The notes: generated from the letters alone by a model not told the origin. Shown: positions 1-10,548, numbered from the stretch's first letter. The stretch is 64,000 nucleotides of DNA from Candidatus Dojkabacteria bacterium (GCA_035444565.1 DAOMOX010000001.1:130335-194334), one strand, 5' to 3'. Numbers and translations are program-made.

Positions 1-2
1 AT

Positions 3-854
3 GACCAGTCAGAAATAGATGAATGGAGGAATTTCATGAAGGTTTATCAGATTCCAAAGGCAATCGAGATGATAAATAAAATCCAACCTGATATTGTGCA
101 TAATCATTTTGCCTGGAGATTTATTCAGTTTGAGAGGTTTATCGATTGTCCGATGTATACAACAATACACGGACCCATAACCTCAATTCACGAAAGATAT
201 ACTTATGCAGATCACCCTGATCATAATTATATTTCTATTTCGGACAATCAAAGAAAAGCTATGCCTGAATTGAACTGGGTTAAGACAATTTACAATGGTA
301 TTGATGTTAGTAAATTTGAAGTTGGGAAAAAAGAGGACAGAAAGTATTACGCATTTCTAGGCAGAGTATCACCAGAAAAAGGCATAAAAGAAATTTGCGA
401 AACGATTAAAAAGACAAACCATAAGCTCGTAATCGCTGCGAAGGTAGATACTGTTGATAAAAAATATTACAATGAGGAGATTGCTCCTTTGATTGATGGC
501 AAGCAAATTAAATTCATCGGGGAAGTCGATCATAAAGGGAAAAATAAACTTCTTAAAAATGCTAAAGGATTACTACTCTTGTTAAATTGGGAAGAGCCAT
601 TCGGTCTAGCGGTTGTAGAAGCCATGGCATGTGGCACTCCAGTCATTGTAAATAAACGTGGATCTATGCCAGAATTAGTTGTGGACGGAAAGACTGGTTA
701 CTTAGTAGACACACTTGAAGAAATGCAAGCACGGATGGACGATGTCGACAAAATCGACCCTCACGAATGCAGAAGTCATGTGGAGAAAAATTTCTCACAC
801 ACAAAAATGACTAAAGATTATTTAGATTTAGCAGGTAAAATTATTGGCTCATAA
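3..854 (+). CDS. Glycosyltransferase family 4 (5' truncated by window edge)
   Basis: Frame is open from base 3; GR.SPEKG and EPFGLAVVEAMACGTPV GT4 motifs. Confidence 0.9.
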   Translation, partial: DQSEIDEWRNFMKVYQIPKAIEMINKIQPDIVHNHFAWRFIQFERFIDCPMYTTIHGPITSIHERYTYADHPDHNYISISDNQRKAMPELNWVKTIYNGIDVSKFEVGKKEDRKYYAFLGRVSPEKGIKEICETIKKTNHKLVIAAKVDTVDKKYYNEEIAPLIDGKQIKFIGEVDHKGKNKLLKNAKGLLLLLNWEEPFGLAVVEAMACGTPVIVNKRGSMPELVVDGKTGYLVDTLEEMQARMDDVDKIDPHECRSHVEKNFSHTKMTKDYLDLAGKIIGS

Positions 855-860
855 CATATC

Positions 861-1448
861 ATGACAGATGGATTAATTTTAGACATCGACGATACTCTGG
901 CAGAAACTGCATTGACAGCAATTTCAATAATGCGTGAGAAGTTCAACCATCCAGATTCTGTGTGGGAATTATTAACCAAATATGAACAACCGGGAAACGT
1001 TCCAGAGTGGCAATCAATTGAAGCACAAGAATTTTTGTTAAAGACAATGCAAAGCGAAGAATTTTTGCTTAATTTACCAAGAGTTCCGGATTCTCTAGAA
1101 GTTATTGAAAAACTTTCTATAGACTTCCCTGTTCAATTCTACATGACATCTAGATTCACAAAACTTGAAAATCTGACGAAAGATTGGTTAAACAAGAACA
1201 ATTTCCCCACCAAAAATATCATATTTGTTGAACATACGAATTCTGATGATGCATGGAAGTTTAAATATCTAATCGAGAGAGGTGATGAAAATAGGATTTT
1301 TATTGATAACCATCTTCCGTCTTTTGGAACTAACGTTGAAACATATAAAGGGAAATTGATTTGGCTCAATCGTTATAACGAACAAACTGGATTAAAGGTT
1401 GTTTCGTTAAATTCTTGGCAATCAATTTACGACTATCTTAGGCAATAA
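861..1448 (+). CDS. HAD-superfamily 5'(3')-nucleotidase-like protein
   Basis: N-terminal DIDDT motif I, TSR motif II, FIDN motif IV. Confidence 0.7.
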   Translation: MTDGLILDIDDTLAETALTAISIMREKFNHPDSVWELLTKYEQPGNVPEWQSIEAQEFLLKTMQSEEFLLNLPRVPDSLEVIEKLSIDFPVQFYMTSRFTKLENLTKDWLNKNNFPTKNIIFVEHTNSDDAWKFKYLIERGDENRIFIDNHLPSFGTNVETYKGKLIWLNRYNEQTGLKVVSLNSWQSIYDYLRQ

Positions 1449-1943
1449 CTGCTTATAAATCCGCACTTTTTCCTCTAGCGAAATTCTTGCATAACGAGGA
1501 GAGGGAGATGGCAATCTCACAAACTGTGTTCTTATTTTAGAATCAAGAATTGGGGAAAAGAACTTGTTAAAAGTATTTTCCACAAACGCACTTGTAAAGA
1601 ACACCCTTAGAAGATTGGATTCATTTAAAATATCAACTATAGAGTAATTGTGAGTAATATTGACCAGATTTGAATCAGAACTATTATTGTGTTTTCGTTC
1701 ACAGCTTTCAATAACATCAGCAAATCCAATTTTCAAATCATTAAACAAATTGATTTTTGAATTTTTGTCTTTTAGTGGAACTCCATATACTCCTTCCAGA
1801 ATCCTCCATAACTGATTGTACTTACTTCCATAATACCAATCATATCCGGTATTTAGCTCTAGACCCTTTGAGTAAAAACTTCCCAGAATGATGTATTTTA
1901 TATCCTTTGGAATGAAGTTCCCTAGTATATGTTTCTCTATCAT
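1422..1943 (-). CDS. Uracil-DNA glycosylase superfamily protein (MUG/hypoxanthine glycosylase-like)
   Basis: ILGSF, YYGSKYNQLW, SSDSNL and LPSPSP motifs. Confidence 0.8.
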   Translation of the reverse strand: MIEKHILGNFIPKDIKYIILGSFYSKGLELNTGYDWYYGSKYNQLWRILEGVYGVPLKDKNSKINLFNDLKIGFADVIESCERKHNNSSDSNLVNITHNYSIVDILNESNLLRVFFTSAFVENTFNKFFSPILDSKIRTQFVRLPSPSPRYARISLEEKVRIYKQLLPKIVVN

Positions 1944-2023
1944 ATTTATTACAAATTGTTTACTAGATTTAAAATTTAATGAAACAGTAGATGGCTATTA
2001 TTAATTATATTATAAATCTAATC

Positions 2024-2257
2024 ATGCCTTACAAAAGTAAAAGAGAACTACCGAAAGGTGTAAGAGATAATTTACCTCTTGATGCTCAAGAGATTTACCA
2101 AGATACGTATAACAGTGCGGAAGAATTTTATAAAGAGAAGTCGAAAAGGAAAAATCCAAATGAGTCTAAGGAAGAAGTTGCTGCAAAAGTTGCTTGGAGT
2201 GCAGTGAAGAGCAAGTACAAGAAAGTCGATGATAAGTGGAAACGAATTAAGATTTAA
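2024..2257 (+). CDS. chaB: ChaB family protein
   Basis: MPY...LP..VR..LP..AQEIY...AAKVAWSAVK pattern; start moved to MPYKS. Confidence 0.85.
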   Translation: MPYKSKRELPKGVRDNLPLDAQEIYQDTYNSAEEFYKEKSKRKNPNESKEEVAAKVAWSAVKSKYKKVDDKWKRIKI

Positions 2258-2273
2258 ATATTATTTATAAATT

Positions 2274-2603
2274 ATGGAGTTTATTAAAAATTATTCTTTG
2301 TCCATTGTACTAATTACACTATTTATAGTGAGTTGGGTTGGTCAGTATTATTTCCAATACAGAGACGAACAATCCCAAGCCGAGATGCACAATCAAGAGT
2401 TTACAATGAGTGAATTCACAGACTCATTCCTCACGAACACATTTGAGAACTGGCAATCAGAATTTCTACAACTCGCGACGATGGTTATTCTAACATCCAA
2501 ATTAAGCCATAAAGGAAGTCCTGAATCTAAGGACTCTGAAGAAAAAACTGAAAAGAAATTAAATATGATTTTAGATGCCGTACGGAAAGGGGAAAATAAG
2601 TAA
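2274..2603 (+). CDS. Small membrane protein (DUF6766-like)
   Basis: N-terminal TM, FENWQSEFLQ and GSPESK motifs. Confidence 0.7.
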   Translation: MEFIKNYSLSIVLITLFIVSWVGQYYFQYRDEQSQAEMHNQEFTMSEFTDSFLTNTFENWQSEFLQLATMVILTSKLSHKGSPESKDSEEKTEKKLNMILDAVRKGENK

Positions 2604-2620
2604 GGGTTGTAAATGTATTG

Positions 2621-2917
2621 TTAGTAAAATCCAGGATCAAACCTATGAGTATCCATTCTTTTAGCACCCGATAAAGAACCACCACAAGTGGAGCAATGGT
2701 CAAGTCCAGTACAAACATTTATATTTCCACAATGAGGACATTGTCTTTCCTGATCTGAATCAACAGAGTATTTCCCAGCCATATCGGGATTTTCAGAATA
2801 GAAAGCATCTCTCTGACTTTCTAGGTCATTTTTTGGCTTTATTGTTTTTTTGGCTCTTGTGAGTTTATTTCTGATTCCATGATTATTTACAAATGCAATT
2901 CTGACGCATAATAGCAT
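2621..2917 (-). CDS. Hypothetical protein with C-terminal zinc ribbon
   Basis: CPHC...CSTC; start uncertain. Confidence 0.45.
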   Translation of the reverse strand: MLLCVRIAFVNNHGIRNKLTRAKKTIKPKNDLESQRDAFYSENPDMAGKYSVDSDQERQCPHCGNINVCTGLDHCSTCGGSLSGAKRMDTHRFDPGFY

Positions 2918-3073
2918 AAGATTAATCTTATTCTCTAATAAAATTGCTCTGCATTTAAATGCTAAGACTTTTTCTAAAGTTTTACTATTACTAAAGAAAA
3001 AAAACTATCATATATACTTGTGATATATCTGTTCAGGTAGTATAATTCCTAATGGTTTTTATAAGTTAACATT

Positions 3074-5527
3074 ATGATGCCAGAAGGAGAATACATCACA
3101 CCAAATCAACCCAATGAAGGAATTGGGTCGATACCTGCGCTTGAAAACCCTGCAATTCCTCCTACCAGCAATACTTTACAGTCAAGGGGTCAGTTTTTAG
3201 GTTTTGATGCTCTCAGAAATCTTGCCCAAGCAAAAAGGGATCAGATTCACGGTAATATTGACTCTCCTATTACATCAGAAGAAAATCTTAATTATGTCCA
3301 CGAATTTAACCGAGGTCTACTCAGACTAATCCCTACATGGGTAAAAGCTCCAATTATCGCTGCTGGACTTATAGCAAGCTATCCAAAAGACGAATTAATG
3401 AATCGAAGAAAATTCCTAAAGGTCGGTGGGTTTATTACTGCTGTCGGCACATTCCTTGCTGGCTGTGGTGGTGAACCTGGGACAGGCACATTAAACCTAA
3501 CAAGTTCAGGAGAATACGTTAGCAGCTCAGAGGACGAGATAGACGGATTAGCGTTGCTTGAAAAAGAAAGCTGGACTGCGGATGAGTTATTACAGTACCT
3601 ACAGTTTGCAGGTATTGGTGGAGTGTTGAGCTACACTGCTGCTGACGCAGTATTAACTAGTAATCCTCGAAATGACGTAATAAGTGCCCTACGTGCTGCC
3701 ATTGATGCAGGAGAAAATCTTAACTACAGAGTAGCTATACTCGATTTATTTGATGCCGTAGACAATACGATGCCTGAAGCATCACAGAGCATTGTCAACA
3801 CTCAAGAATTAGCTAAACCGGAACAATTCAGATCTTTAGGATTAACCAATCCTGATGGATCGATACCTCAAAGTTGGGCAGAAGTAAAATTCAACAGAGC
3901 TATAACCGGGGAAGTTACAGACACCAGATTTGGCGGTAGAACTATGGAATATATCTCTTCTGGAGAAATAATAGAAGGTTTTGATATTACAAAACCAGAT
4001 AGTAAAGTAACATTTCTTGGTGAGACTAGAAGTTCAAAAAATGTCGCAATTAGAATCCAAGACAGTACAGGACAAACCGCTGAAGTACTAGCCCAAAGAA
4101 ATGTAATGTTCCCTAATTTCAATAAAGACAGAGGTTATAGACTTATTACTCCTGATGGAACAGCACAAAAGATATTTACACATTTAGAGGCAAGACACCC
4201 AATAAGTATGACCGATGTATCAAATTTTATGGGAGGTATAGGACCGAATGCTGAGGTAGACTATTTGATTAAGTGTGCCGGAGAACGAGGTCCAGTGGTC
4301 ATGGGAGTTAGGACTTTACATGATAATAGAGTACATGATGTAGTATTCAAAATGGATCCAAGAATTAATCAATTATTGGCAGAAGATAAAATTGATGACG
4401 TTATAGAGTACGCAAGAGCACTTCCTGAAGACCGAATCATTACCGCATATGATTCTTTCGATAGAATAAATGGTTTAAGCGATGAAGTACTTGAAGTACA
4501 CAAACGTTATAGGAATGTTTTTAGTCTACAAAAGAATACTATGGTGTATGAAACACTACCTAATGGTGATTATCTAAGACTACCATCTAGAGGACCCGGC
4601 ATTATAAGATGGGCAGCTCAATTGGGAAAACTCACGAGAGGAAATCCTAGGATGGGTCAAAAAATTGGAAAAGTTTTAGAAGTTATTTCAAAGAATCGAC
4701 CGAAACTTAAAGCAACTGCTTCTGTAGTAGGTGCAGTACTTGAAGTACTTGCTATAGAAACTGCAAAGGTTGCACTTGATGTATATGAAGCTGGGACTAC
4801 ATATGATCGTTTAAACGAACGCGCGAATCTTTACAATGAATTCGGCACAGGAGATGGACCAATTGCGCCTTATTCACTTGATAGATATAAACAAAACTTT
4901 ACTCTAACAACAACTCCTTCTACTTTTGCTGATGCTAATGGACAAATAGTCACTGGTAAAGCAGCAATACTACCTCCCCTAAAAGGCTTACCAACTAGTG
5001 AAGGCGCAACGCTTGCAGGAATCACGTTTGAAAGAGTAAAACCTACCAACGAGATTCCAGAAGATGCAAGTCTGCTAGATTTGAGTACACTAAAAACACA
5101 GATTGAACTAAATCAAATAAGAATGGGAGTTGCAAACCATCCCTTTAATAGAGGAATTGAAAGCCTTAACTTTTTGTACGCAAGGCAAAATACGTATAAT
5201 GAACCCTATCAAATTGGTTTCCCAGCATTGCCAACTGAATATGGAGAATTGCCAAAGAGAATCGGAATATTTTTAGATGGGGAAGTCATGAAATTTTGCA
5301 CTGTTGATTATGCCAATGAAACTGGATTAGGTGAAAACCTTGGGACAGAGTTTGCGTACCCTGTAGAAGTCACACACCCAAGAGATTTAGTAGCATATTA
5401 TGGCTCATACCAGGAAACACTAAAACATATAACAGCAGCTGATATTGATGGCAGAAGTGGGAATTTTGTTGTAAAATATAGTATAATTAATAATAATCAA
5501 GTTAATATTCAAGTTACACCAGCTTAA
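3074..5527 (+). CDS. Large hypothetical protein with internal twin-arginine/lipobox-like segment
   Basis: 817-aa ORF; MNRRKFLK...FLAGC begins at codon 109 (nt 3398). Confidence 0.7.
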   Translation: MMPEGEYITPNQPNEGIGSIPALENPAIPPTSNTLQSRGQFLGFDALRNLAQAKRDQIHGNIDSPITSEENLNYVHEFNRGLLRLIPTWVKAPIIAAGLIASYPKDELMNRRKFLKVGGFITAVGTFLAGCGGEPGTGTLNLTSSGEYVSSSEDEIDGLALLEKESWTADELLQYLQFAGIGGVLSYTAADAVLTSNPRNDVISALRAAIDAGENLNYRVAILDLFDAVDNTMPEASQSIVNTQELAKPEQFRSLGLTNPDGSIPQSWAEVKFNRAITGEVTDTRFGGRTMEYISSGEIIEGFDITKPDSKVTFLGETRSSKNVAIRIQDSTGQTAEVLAQRNVMFPNFNKDRGYRLITPDGTAQKIFTHLEARHPISMTDVSNFMGGIGPNAEVDYLIKCAGERGPVVMGVRTLHDNRVHDVVFKMDPRINQLLAEDKIDDVIEYARALPEDRIITAYDSFDRINGLSDEVLEVHKRYRNVFSLQKNTMVYETLPNGDYLRLPSRGPGIIRWAAQLGKLTRGNPRMGQKIGKVLEVISKNRPKLKATASVVGAVLEVLAIETAKVALDVYEAGTTYDRLNERANLYNEFGTGDGPIAPYSLDRYKQNFTLTTTPSTFADANGQIVTGKAAILPPLKGLPTSEGATLAGITFERVKPTNEIPEDASLLDLSTLKTQIELNQIRMGVANHPFNRGIESLNFLYARQNTYNEPYQIGFPALPTEYGELPKRIGIFLDGEVMKFCTVDYANETGLGENLGTEFAYPVEVTHPRDLVAYYGSYQETLKHITAADIDGRSGNFVVKYSIINNNQVNIQVTPA

Positions 5528-5537
5528 ATATAATTCG

Positions 5538-5774
5538 ATGAGTAACGAAGCTCCTATAACACCAGATGATATTGCAAAATTCCTAGTAGATTATTCTATA
5601 AGTAAACCTGAAGAAGCCGCAGCAGAGGCAGGTAGATTATCACAAGATCCTGAGAGGTTAGTATTAATTATTGGCCCAATGTTTCCCAACGCAGTGACAG
5701 TACAGGAAGCGATACAACTGGAAAGGTCTGGCACACCAATCAGTTTACAGGCAACTGATGATGGAGTAGATTAA
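5538..5774 (+). CDS. Small acidic hypothetical protein
   Basis: ORF starts 10 nt after the 817-aa gene. Confidence 0.55.
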   Translation: MSNEAPITPDDIAKFLVDYSISKPEEAAAEAGRLSQDPERLVLIIGPMFPNAVTVQEAIQLERSGTPISLQATDDGVD

Positions 5775-5794
5775 TATTTAAGAAAACAGGGAAA

Positions 5795-6433
5795 CTACAA
5801 ATTCACCCCATCCACATACCACCCCGCTTCAGTAAAACGCACTATTGATAAGCCAGTATTGTTGATTTTAATTCTATAAATCAGGCGATCATTGAACCCC
5901 ATGATATAGTGCAACAGTACCCGAATCGTCATAGAGTGAGTAAAAACGCCAATATCCAGAGTCTTCCCGATATAGTTTTCATTGTAAATAATTTCATCAA
6001 AAAGCCATTGCATCACCCTCCTTTGCACCATAACGAGAGATTCACCTTTGGGGGGAGTGAAATATGGCCCCATTAGATTCATCGACTTAGTTACTTCAGA
6101 GGTATAGATTTCATCACGTTTTCCACCTGCCCAATCCCCGACACTATACTCTACAATTCTGTCATCTTTCTTTATTTCATCAGTATTAAATCCAATTTTC
6201 TCTGTGGCAATCTGTGCTGTCTGGTAGGCCCTCATAGAGGAAGATGAATAGACAAAATCAAATTTTATGCGCTTACGTTTTAAAGTAAGTCCTAATTTAG
6301 CAGCTTGTCTTTCGCCCTTTGGAGTGAGAGGTGATTCATGGGACTGGCCAACTACTAATTTTCTCTCAAGATTAATTTCACTTTCACCATGTCGGACGAT
6401 GTAGAGGGTCAGACTTGTATTTTTATGGAGCAT
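5795..6433 (-). CDS. Histidine phosphatase (phosphoglycerate mutase family)
   Basis: YIVRHGES, RAYQTA, GES and FTH motifs. Confidence 0.9.
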   Translation of the reverse strand: MLHKNTSLTLYIVRHGESEINLERKLVVGQSHESPLTPKGERQAAKLGLTLKRKRIKFDFVYSSSSMRAYQTAQIATEKIGFNTDEIKKDDRIVEYSVGDWAGGKRDEIYTSEVTKSMNLMGPYFTPPKGESLVMVQRRVMQWLFDEIIYNENYIGKTLDIGVFTHSMTIRVLLHYIMGFNDRLIYRIKINNTGLSIVRFTEAGWYVDGVNL

Positions 6434-6501
6434 TCATATAGACTAATCTAAACTAGGAACGAAGGAGTTTTTCCCTATCACAAAATTTATCAGTTTAAAA
6501 A

Positions 6502-7260
6502 ATGGATTCACCAACACAAATCGAATCAAATGGAAGCAAAAGTGAAGACGAACTTTTAGCGGAAGAGCTGGATATTAACTTGATTGAGTTAAATCTTGCA
6601 CAAAATTTCTATAAAGGTCTCCAAACTCCACCGACCAGGGATGAAATGAAATTATTACTTACACATTATTCTGTCGCTAGGAACCAGGAGAAACAAGGGG
6701 CACCAGGAGTTAGCATCCCCTACGCTTTAGAAACAAGCATGAGGGATACATACTTTTTAGATAATTCGAAACTAGGATATGAACGCCCAGAGTCTCATAC
6801 AAGAACTCTACCCAAATCAAAAATGAGGATAAACCAAGAAAAAGAAGACAGGGCCGTTTCAGTAAACCTCGCAACCAATTATCCAGCAAGAGTTCTACCC
6901 ATTCATTTAATAAATTTTATAAACAACTACTTCAACTATGTAGGGATAACCGAGAAAGCAAGAAATATAGATATTAGTCCCTTAGCAGAAGTGCAAAAAT
7001 ACCTATCTCGTGGGAATAACCTAGAAAGTGCTATAAATGATGTAATAGAGACAGTTCTACTTGAGCTACCAAAAAGTAATAATAAGCCTGTACAGATTGA
7101 GGACGATTTAACACCCTATGAAAAAATGAAGTTGATAGAAAAAGCTTTTGAAAATTTCAAAGAGGAGAGGAAAAAAGTCGGATTGCGAGAAAAGTACCTA
7201 CAGCATTTAAAGAGCGGGGATAGCATGGAAAGTGCTTTGAAAAAGACCTTTGGTAACTAA
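6502..7260 (+). CDS. Hypothetical protein
   Basis: 252-aa ORF, no recognised motif. Confidence 0.65.
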   Translation: MDSPTQIESNGSKSEDELLAEELDINLIELNLAQNFYKGLQTPPTRDEMKLLLTHYSVARNQEKQGAPGVSIPYALETSMRDTYFLDNSKLGYERPESHTRTLPKSKMRINQEKEDRAVSVNLATNYPARVLPIHLINFINNYFNYVGITEKARNIDISPLAEVQKYLSRGNNLESAINDVIETVLLELPKSNNKPVQIEDDLTPYEKMKLIEKAFENFKEERKKVGLREKYLQHLKSGDSMESALKKTFGN

Positions 7261-7357
7261 TAGTAGAATAGGACTATTCCTATAATACAACTTTGGCAAT
7301 TCCTAAATTATTTAAGAAATTATATCCCTTTCGCACATATTAGTTTCTACCATAAAC

Positions 7358-7388
7358 AAAAACCGGAGGATTTCTCCTCCGGCTTTTT
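7358..7388. terminator. Intrinsic terminator, probably bidirectional
   Basis: aaaaa-CCGGAGGA-tttc-TCCTCCGG-cttttt between convergent ORFs. Confidence 0.8.
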
Positions 7389-7409
7389 AGTACAAAATCA
7401 AACTAGCAT

Positions 7410-7634
7410 TTATGCTCTGTCTGATCTTCCGTCATTATTGTTGTTTCCTGATTGGTTATAATTTTGCTGTTCTGTGTATTCTCTTTGATCAGTATTAGAG
7501 AATTCATCGTTTCTCTGTTTGTTTCTTTCGTTCATATTGATATTAGACGAGTCATTTCTGAATTGACTTCCTCTATCATTCTTGTTCTTATTACCCCTGT
7601 TTTTATTGTTACTATTGTTGTTTTGATTATTCAT
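7410..7634 (-). CDS. Asn/Gln-rich low-complexity small protein
   Basis: 74-aa hydrophilic ORF followed directly by a terminator. Confidence 0.55.
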   Translation of the reverse strand: MNNQNNNSNNKNRGNKNKNDRGSQFRNDSSNINMNERNKQRNDEFSNTDQREYTEQQNYNQSGNNNNDGRSDRA

Positions 7635-7866
7635 GAGAATAATTTAACAATTTATATAGACTCCTATCTGCAGATTACTATTGGAGAATAAACAGTATAC
7701 ATACAAAGAGTTAAACAAGGTTTAAGCAGGAGTAAAGCTTTTGAAAAGAATTGTAGATCGACACCCTTTAATTAAGTCATAAAATTATTTTTATATTAAT
7801 TAAAATATATTTTACTTTTATTCAGATTCGTTTTATTCTTATTTTAATACATTTTATATTAACTCG

Positions 7867-9303
7867 ATGGACCAAACTCAATTGCGAAATTTCCTAGAAA
7901 TTCCATATGACGAATTACAAAATTTAAATCTAGAAGCTAAAAGACGTTTCACAAATAAAGAATCAGAAACCAGTGTTAGAAAGTACTATATTGATTACTT
8001 AAAAAGCGAACCACGTCTTAAAGCTGTCACTCTATGTTTTTCGGATATAGAAGGACGTTTTCATATGCTCGATTACGACAAAGAATACTTTATTAAGAAC
8101 CTTGATGGACTAACTTTCGACGGTTCATCAATTCGAGGTTTTTCAACGATAGACCAATCCGACCTTCGATTAAAACCTGATTGGTACTCTTTTAGATGGC
8201 TACCTAGTGATGTATTTGGACCAGGAAAAGTTATAATGTTCGGATATGTTTGCGAACAAGATGGTTCACCTTACTCGTGTGATTTTCGATATTCATTACA
8301 TCTCACACTGCAAGAGATGTATAAGAAAAATAAACTAGAATATTTTGTCGCACCTGAACTGGAGGGCTTTTTACTCAGTGGCCAATATGCAGAACAATCA
8401 TTCGATGAGAAAGAAGGTTTCCAGGAAGCATCCGAAGGTGGCTACTATCACACATTACCGACAGACACATTGAAATTATTTATTGATAAAGCCGCAGAAG
8501 CTCAACGTGCGTTAGGATTTGAAAACGAAAAGGATCATCCCGAAGTCGCACCATCTCAGTTTGAACTAAATTTCTCATACACAGACGCATTACTTGCATG
8601 CGATCAAATACAACTTTACAAGCTTGTCTGTCGACAAATTGCACACAATATGGGGATGACCGCATCGTTCTTGCCCAAACCAGTTGTTGGGATTAACGGA
8701 AACGGTATGCATATTAATTTGTCATTACATAAATCTGGTAAAAACTTGTTTTATGACGAGAATGATGAGTCGAAATTATCAAAAACAGCATGGGAATTTA
8801 TATCAAGAATTCTAAACCATGCGAATGACATCTGTTTAATTCTAAATGCTAGTGTAAATGCCTACCGTAGACTTGATCCACATTTTGAGGCACCAAATCA
8901 AATAAAATACTCATATACGGATAGAAGTTCCATGATAAGGATTCCTCTTTCAACACAGAAATCCACTCGCATAGAAATACGCTCTGTAGGTCCTGACACA
9001 AACCCCTATGCAGTAGCACTGGTTCTTTTAAAAACAGGCCTTGAAGGAGAAGACCTTGAGACAGACGAAGATAAAAGACAGCGCACAAGGGTGCTTCCGG
9101 ACTCTATCCAAGATGCTATTAAACAATTCAAGGCATCGGAATTTGTTGGTAATGTTCTAGGAGAATATGCAAAATCAAAGTACGTTGAACAAAAACAAAT
9201 CGTTGCAAATAGAAGCCCAAAAGATCTTGGCAAAACTATTAAAAATGGAGAGGTTTTATACCATCACGAAATCACCAATCAGGTTTTGTGGAATAAATTT
9301 TGA
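7867..9303 (+). CDS. glnA: Glutamine synthetase type I
   Basis: FDGSSI, HPEVA.SQ.E, PKP..GINGNGMH, NAYRRL...EAP and RIEIR motifs. Confidence 0.95.
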   Translation: MDQTQLRNFLEIPYDELQNLNLEAKRRFTNKESETSVRKYYIDYLKSEPRLKAVTLCFSDIEGRFHMLDYDKEYFIKNLDGLTFDGSSIRGFSTIDQSDLRLKPDWYSFRWLPSDVFGPGKVIMFGYVCEQDGSPYSCDFRYSLHLTLQEMYKKNKLEYFVAPELEGFLLSGQYAEQSFDEKEGFQEASEGGYYHTLPTDTLKLFIDKAAEAQRALGFENEKDHPEVAPSQFELNFSYTDALLACDQIQLYKLVCRQIAHNMGMTASFLPKPVVGINGNGMHINLSLHKSGKNLFYDENDESKLSKTAWEFISRILNHANDICLILNASVNAYRRLDPHFEAPNQIKYSYTDRSSMIRIPLSTQKSTRIEIRSVGPDTNPYAVALVLLKTGLEGEDLETDEDKRQRTRVLPDSIQDAIKQFKASEFVGNVLGEYAKSKYVEQKQIVANRSPKDLGKTIKNGEVLYHHEITNQVLWNKF

Positions 9304-9354
9304 GTATTCTCTAAAACTATAGGTTAATCGACGCATTCTTTATCGATACATTTT

Positions 9355-9369
9355 TATTGTTTTTCGATA
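9355..9369. promoter_or_regulatory. Possible operator of the downstream HTH regulator
   Basis: Imperfect palindrome TATTG-N5-CGATA about 40 nt upstream of the DUF2975/HTH pair. Confidence 0.25.
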
Positions 9370-9407
9370 TCTTTTGTGTTACAATTTCTCAAATTTAACC
9401 ACAAAAC

Positions 9408-9884
9408 ATGAAAAAGAAAGAGACTCTTTTCCTTAAATCAGTAATATTATTGATTACTCTTGCAGTCGTTACATTCCTAGTATTCCTAACAATCCCCTTT
9501 CGGAATGAATTATCTCAACCTTATGAAGAAAGGGATTACCTTCCAATATTCTCAGTTATATACTTTTCATCGATGCCTTTTCTATATGGCTTGTACCAAT
9601 CATTCAAATTATTAACTTTTATTGATAGAAACAAAGCTTTTTCAAAGTTAGCAATATCTTCGTTAAATAGAATCAAACTGTCTTCACTTACAATTTCTGC
9701 AATATTTACTATCCATCTTCCTTTCATCTTTAAGATTGCCGATATGGATGATGCTCCTGGGTTAATGTTGATTGCACTTATTATCATTTTCGCTACCTTT
9801 GTAGTAGCTATTTTTGCAGCAGTCTTACAAAAACTCCTTCAAAACGCAATTGATATCAAATCTGAAAACGAACTTACTGTTTAA
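9408..9884 (+). CDS. DUF2975 membrane protein (YoaS-like)
   Basis: Four TM segments, DDAPG and AIDIKSENELTV motifs. Confidence 0.85.
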   Translation: MKKKETLFLKSVILLITLAVVTFLVFLTIPFRNELSQPYEERDYLPIFSVIYFSSMPFLYGLYQSFKLLTFIDRNKAFSKLAISSLNRIKLSSLTISAIFTIHLPFIFKIADMDDAPGLMLIALIIIFATFVVAIFAAVLQKLLQNAIDIKSENELTV

Positions 9885-9893
9885 ATTGTAACA

Positions 9894-10109
9894 ATGGGAA
9901 TAATAATTAATATCGATGTAATGCTAGCCAAAAGGAAAATGAGCGTCACCGAACTAGCTCAGAAAGTAGGCATAACCATGGCTAATCTCTCAATTTTAAA
10001 GAACGGAAAAGCAAAGGCAGTTCGTTTCTCAACCTTAGAGAGTATTTGCAAAGCACTCGATTGCCAACCGGGGGATATATTAGAATACAGGAAAGACCAT
10101 AAAATCTAA
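9894..10109 (+). CDS. Cro/C1 HTH regulator (YozG-like)
   Basis: GITMANLSILKNGKAKAVRFSTL...CQPGDILEY; usual partner of DUF2975. Confidence 0.9.
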   Translation: MGIIINIDVMLAKRKMSVTELAQKVGITMANLSILKNGKAKAVRFSTLESICKALDCQPGDILEYRKDHKI

Positions 10110-10548
10110 ACGCTTAACATGTGGCCAGATTTTATTCAAATTTATGTACCTATCTTCCAGAGAGGACTTAAATTTTAGATAGTTCCCAGTATTCTTGTTA
10201 TTTTCAACCTAAAATTTTGTGTTGGTTTGTTTAATCTATAACTGGGAATGGTTCACCACTTTCCCCGGTTATATCTTCACCTTCAATAATATCATCATTT
10301 ACAATACGATCGGTACTCATGGTTTTAATTTAAAAATTAAAATATTTAGAATGGTTACCAATATATTAATTATTATATCCTCCGATTGTAAATTTTAATT
10401 AATCCCATTGTAAATTATTTGAAAACGCCTAAGTTACTGATTGAAATGATTATGCAGGGATTTGATAATAACTATAACTTTTAACTTTGCTAGACAACTA
10501 TTTTAGAAGTATAATTCACTTGAGGCGAATAATTATTAGGGAAATTTT

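Noticed and set aside
7452-7691. Hydrophobic 79-aa plus-strand ORF
   Set aside because: Antisense shadow of the Asn-rich ORF; AAC/AAT codons read as Val/Ile on the other strand.
10155-10169. PyrR-binding loop-like sequence (cttccagagaggact)
   Set aside because: Imperfect consensus, no flanking attenuator, about 380 nt from purB, and no pyrR in the window.
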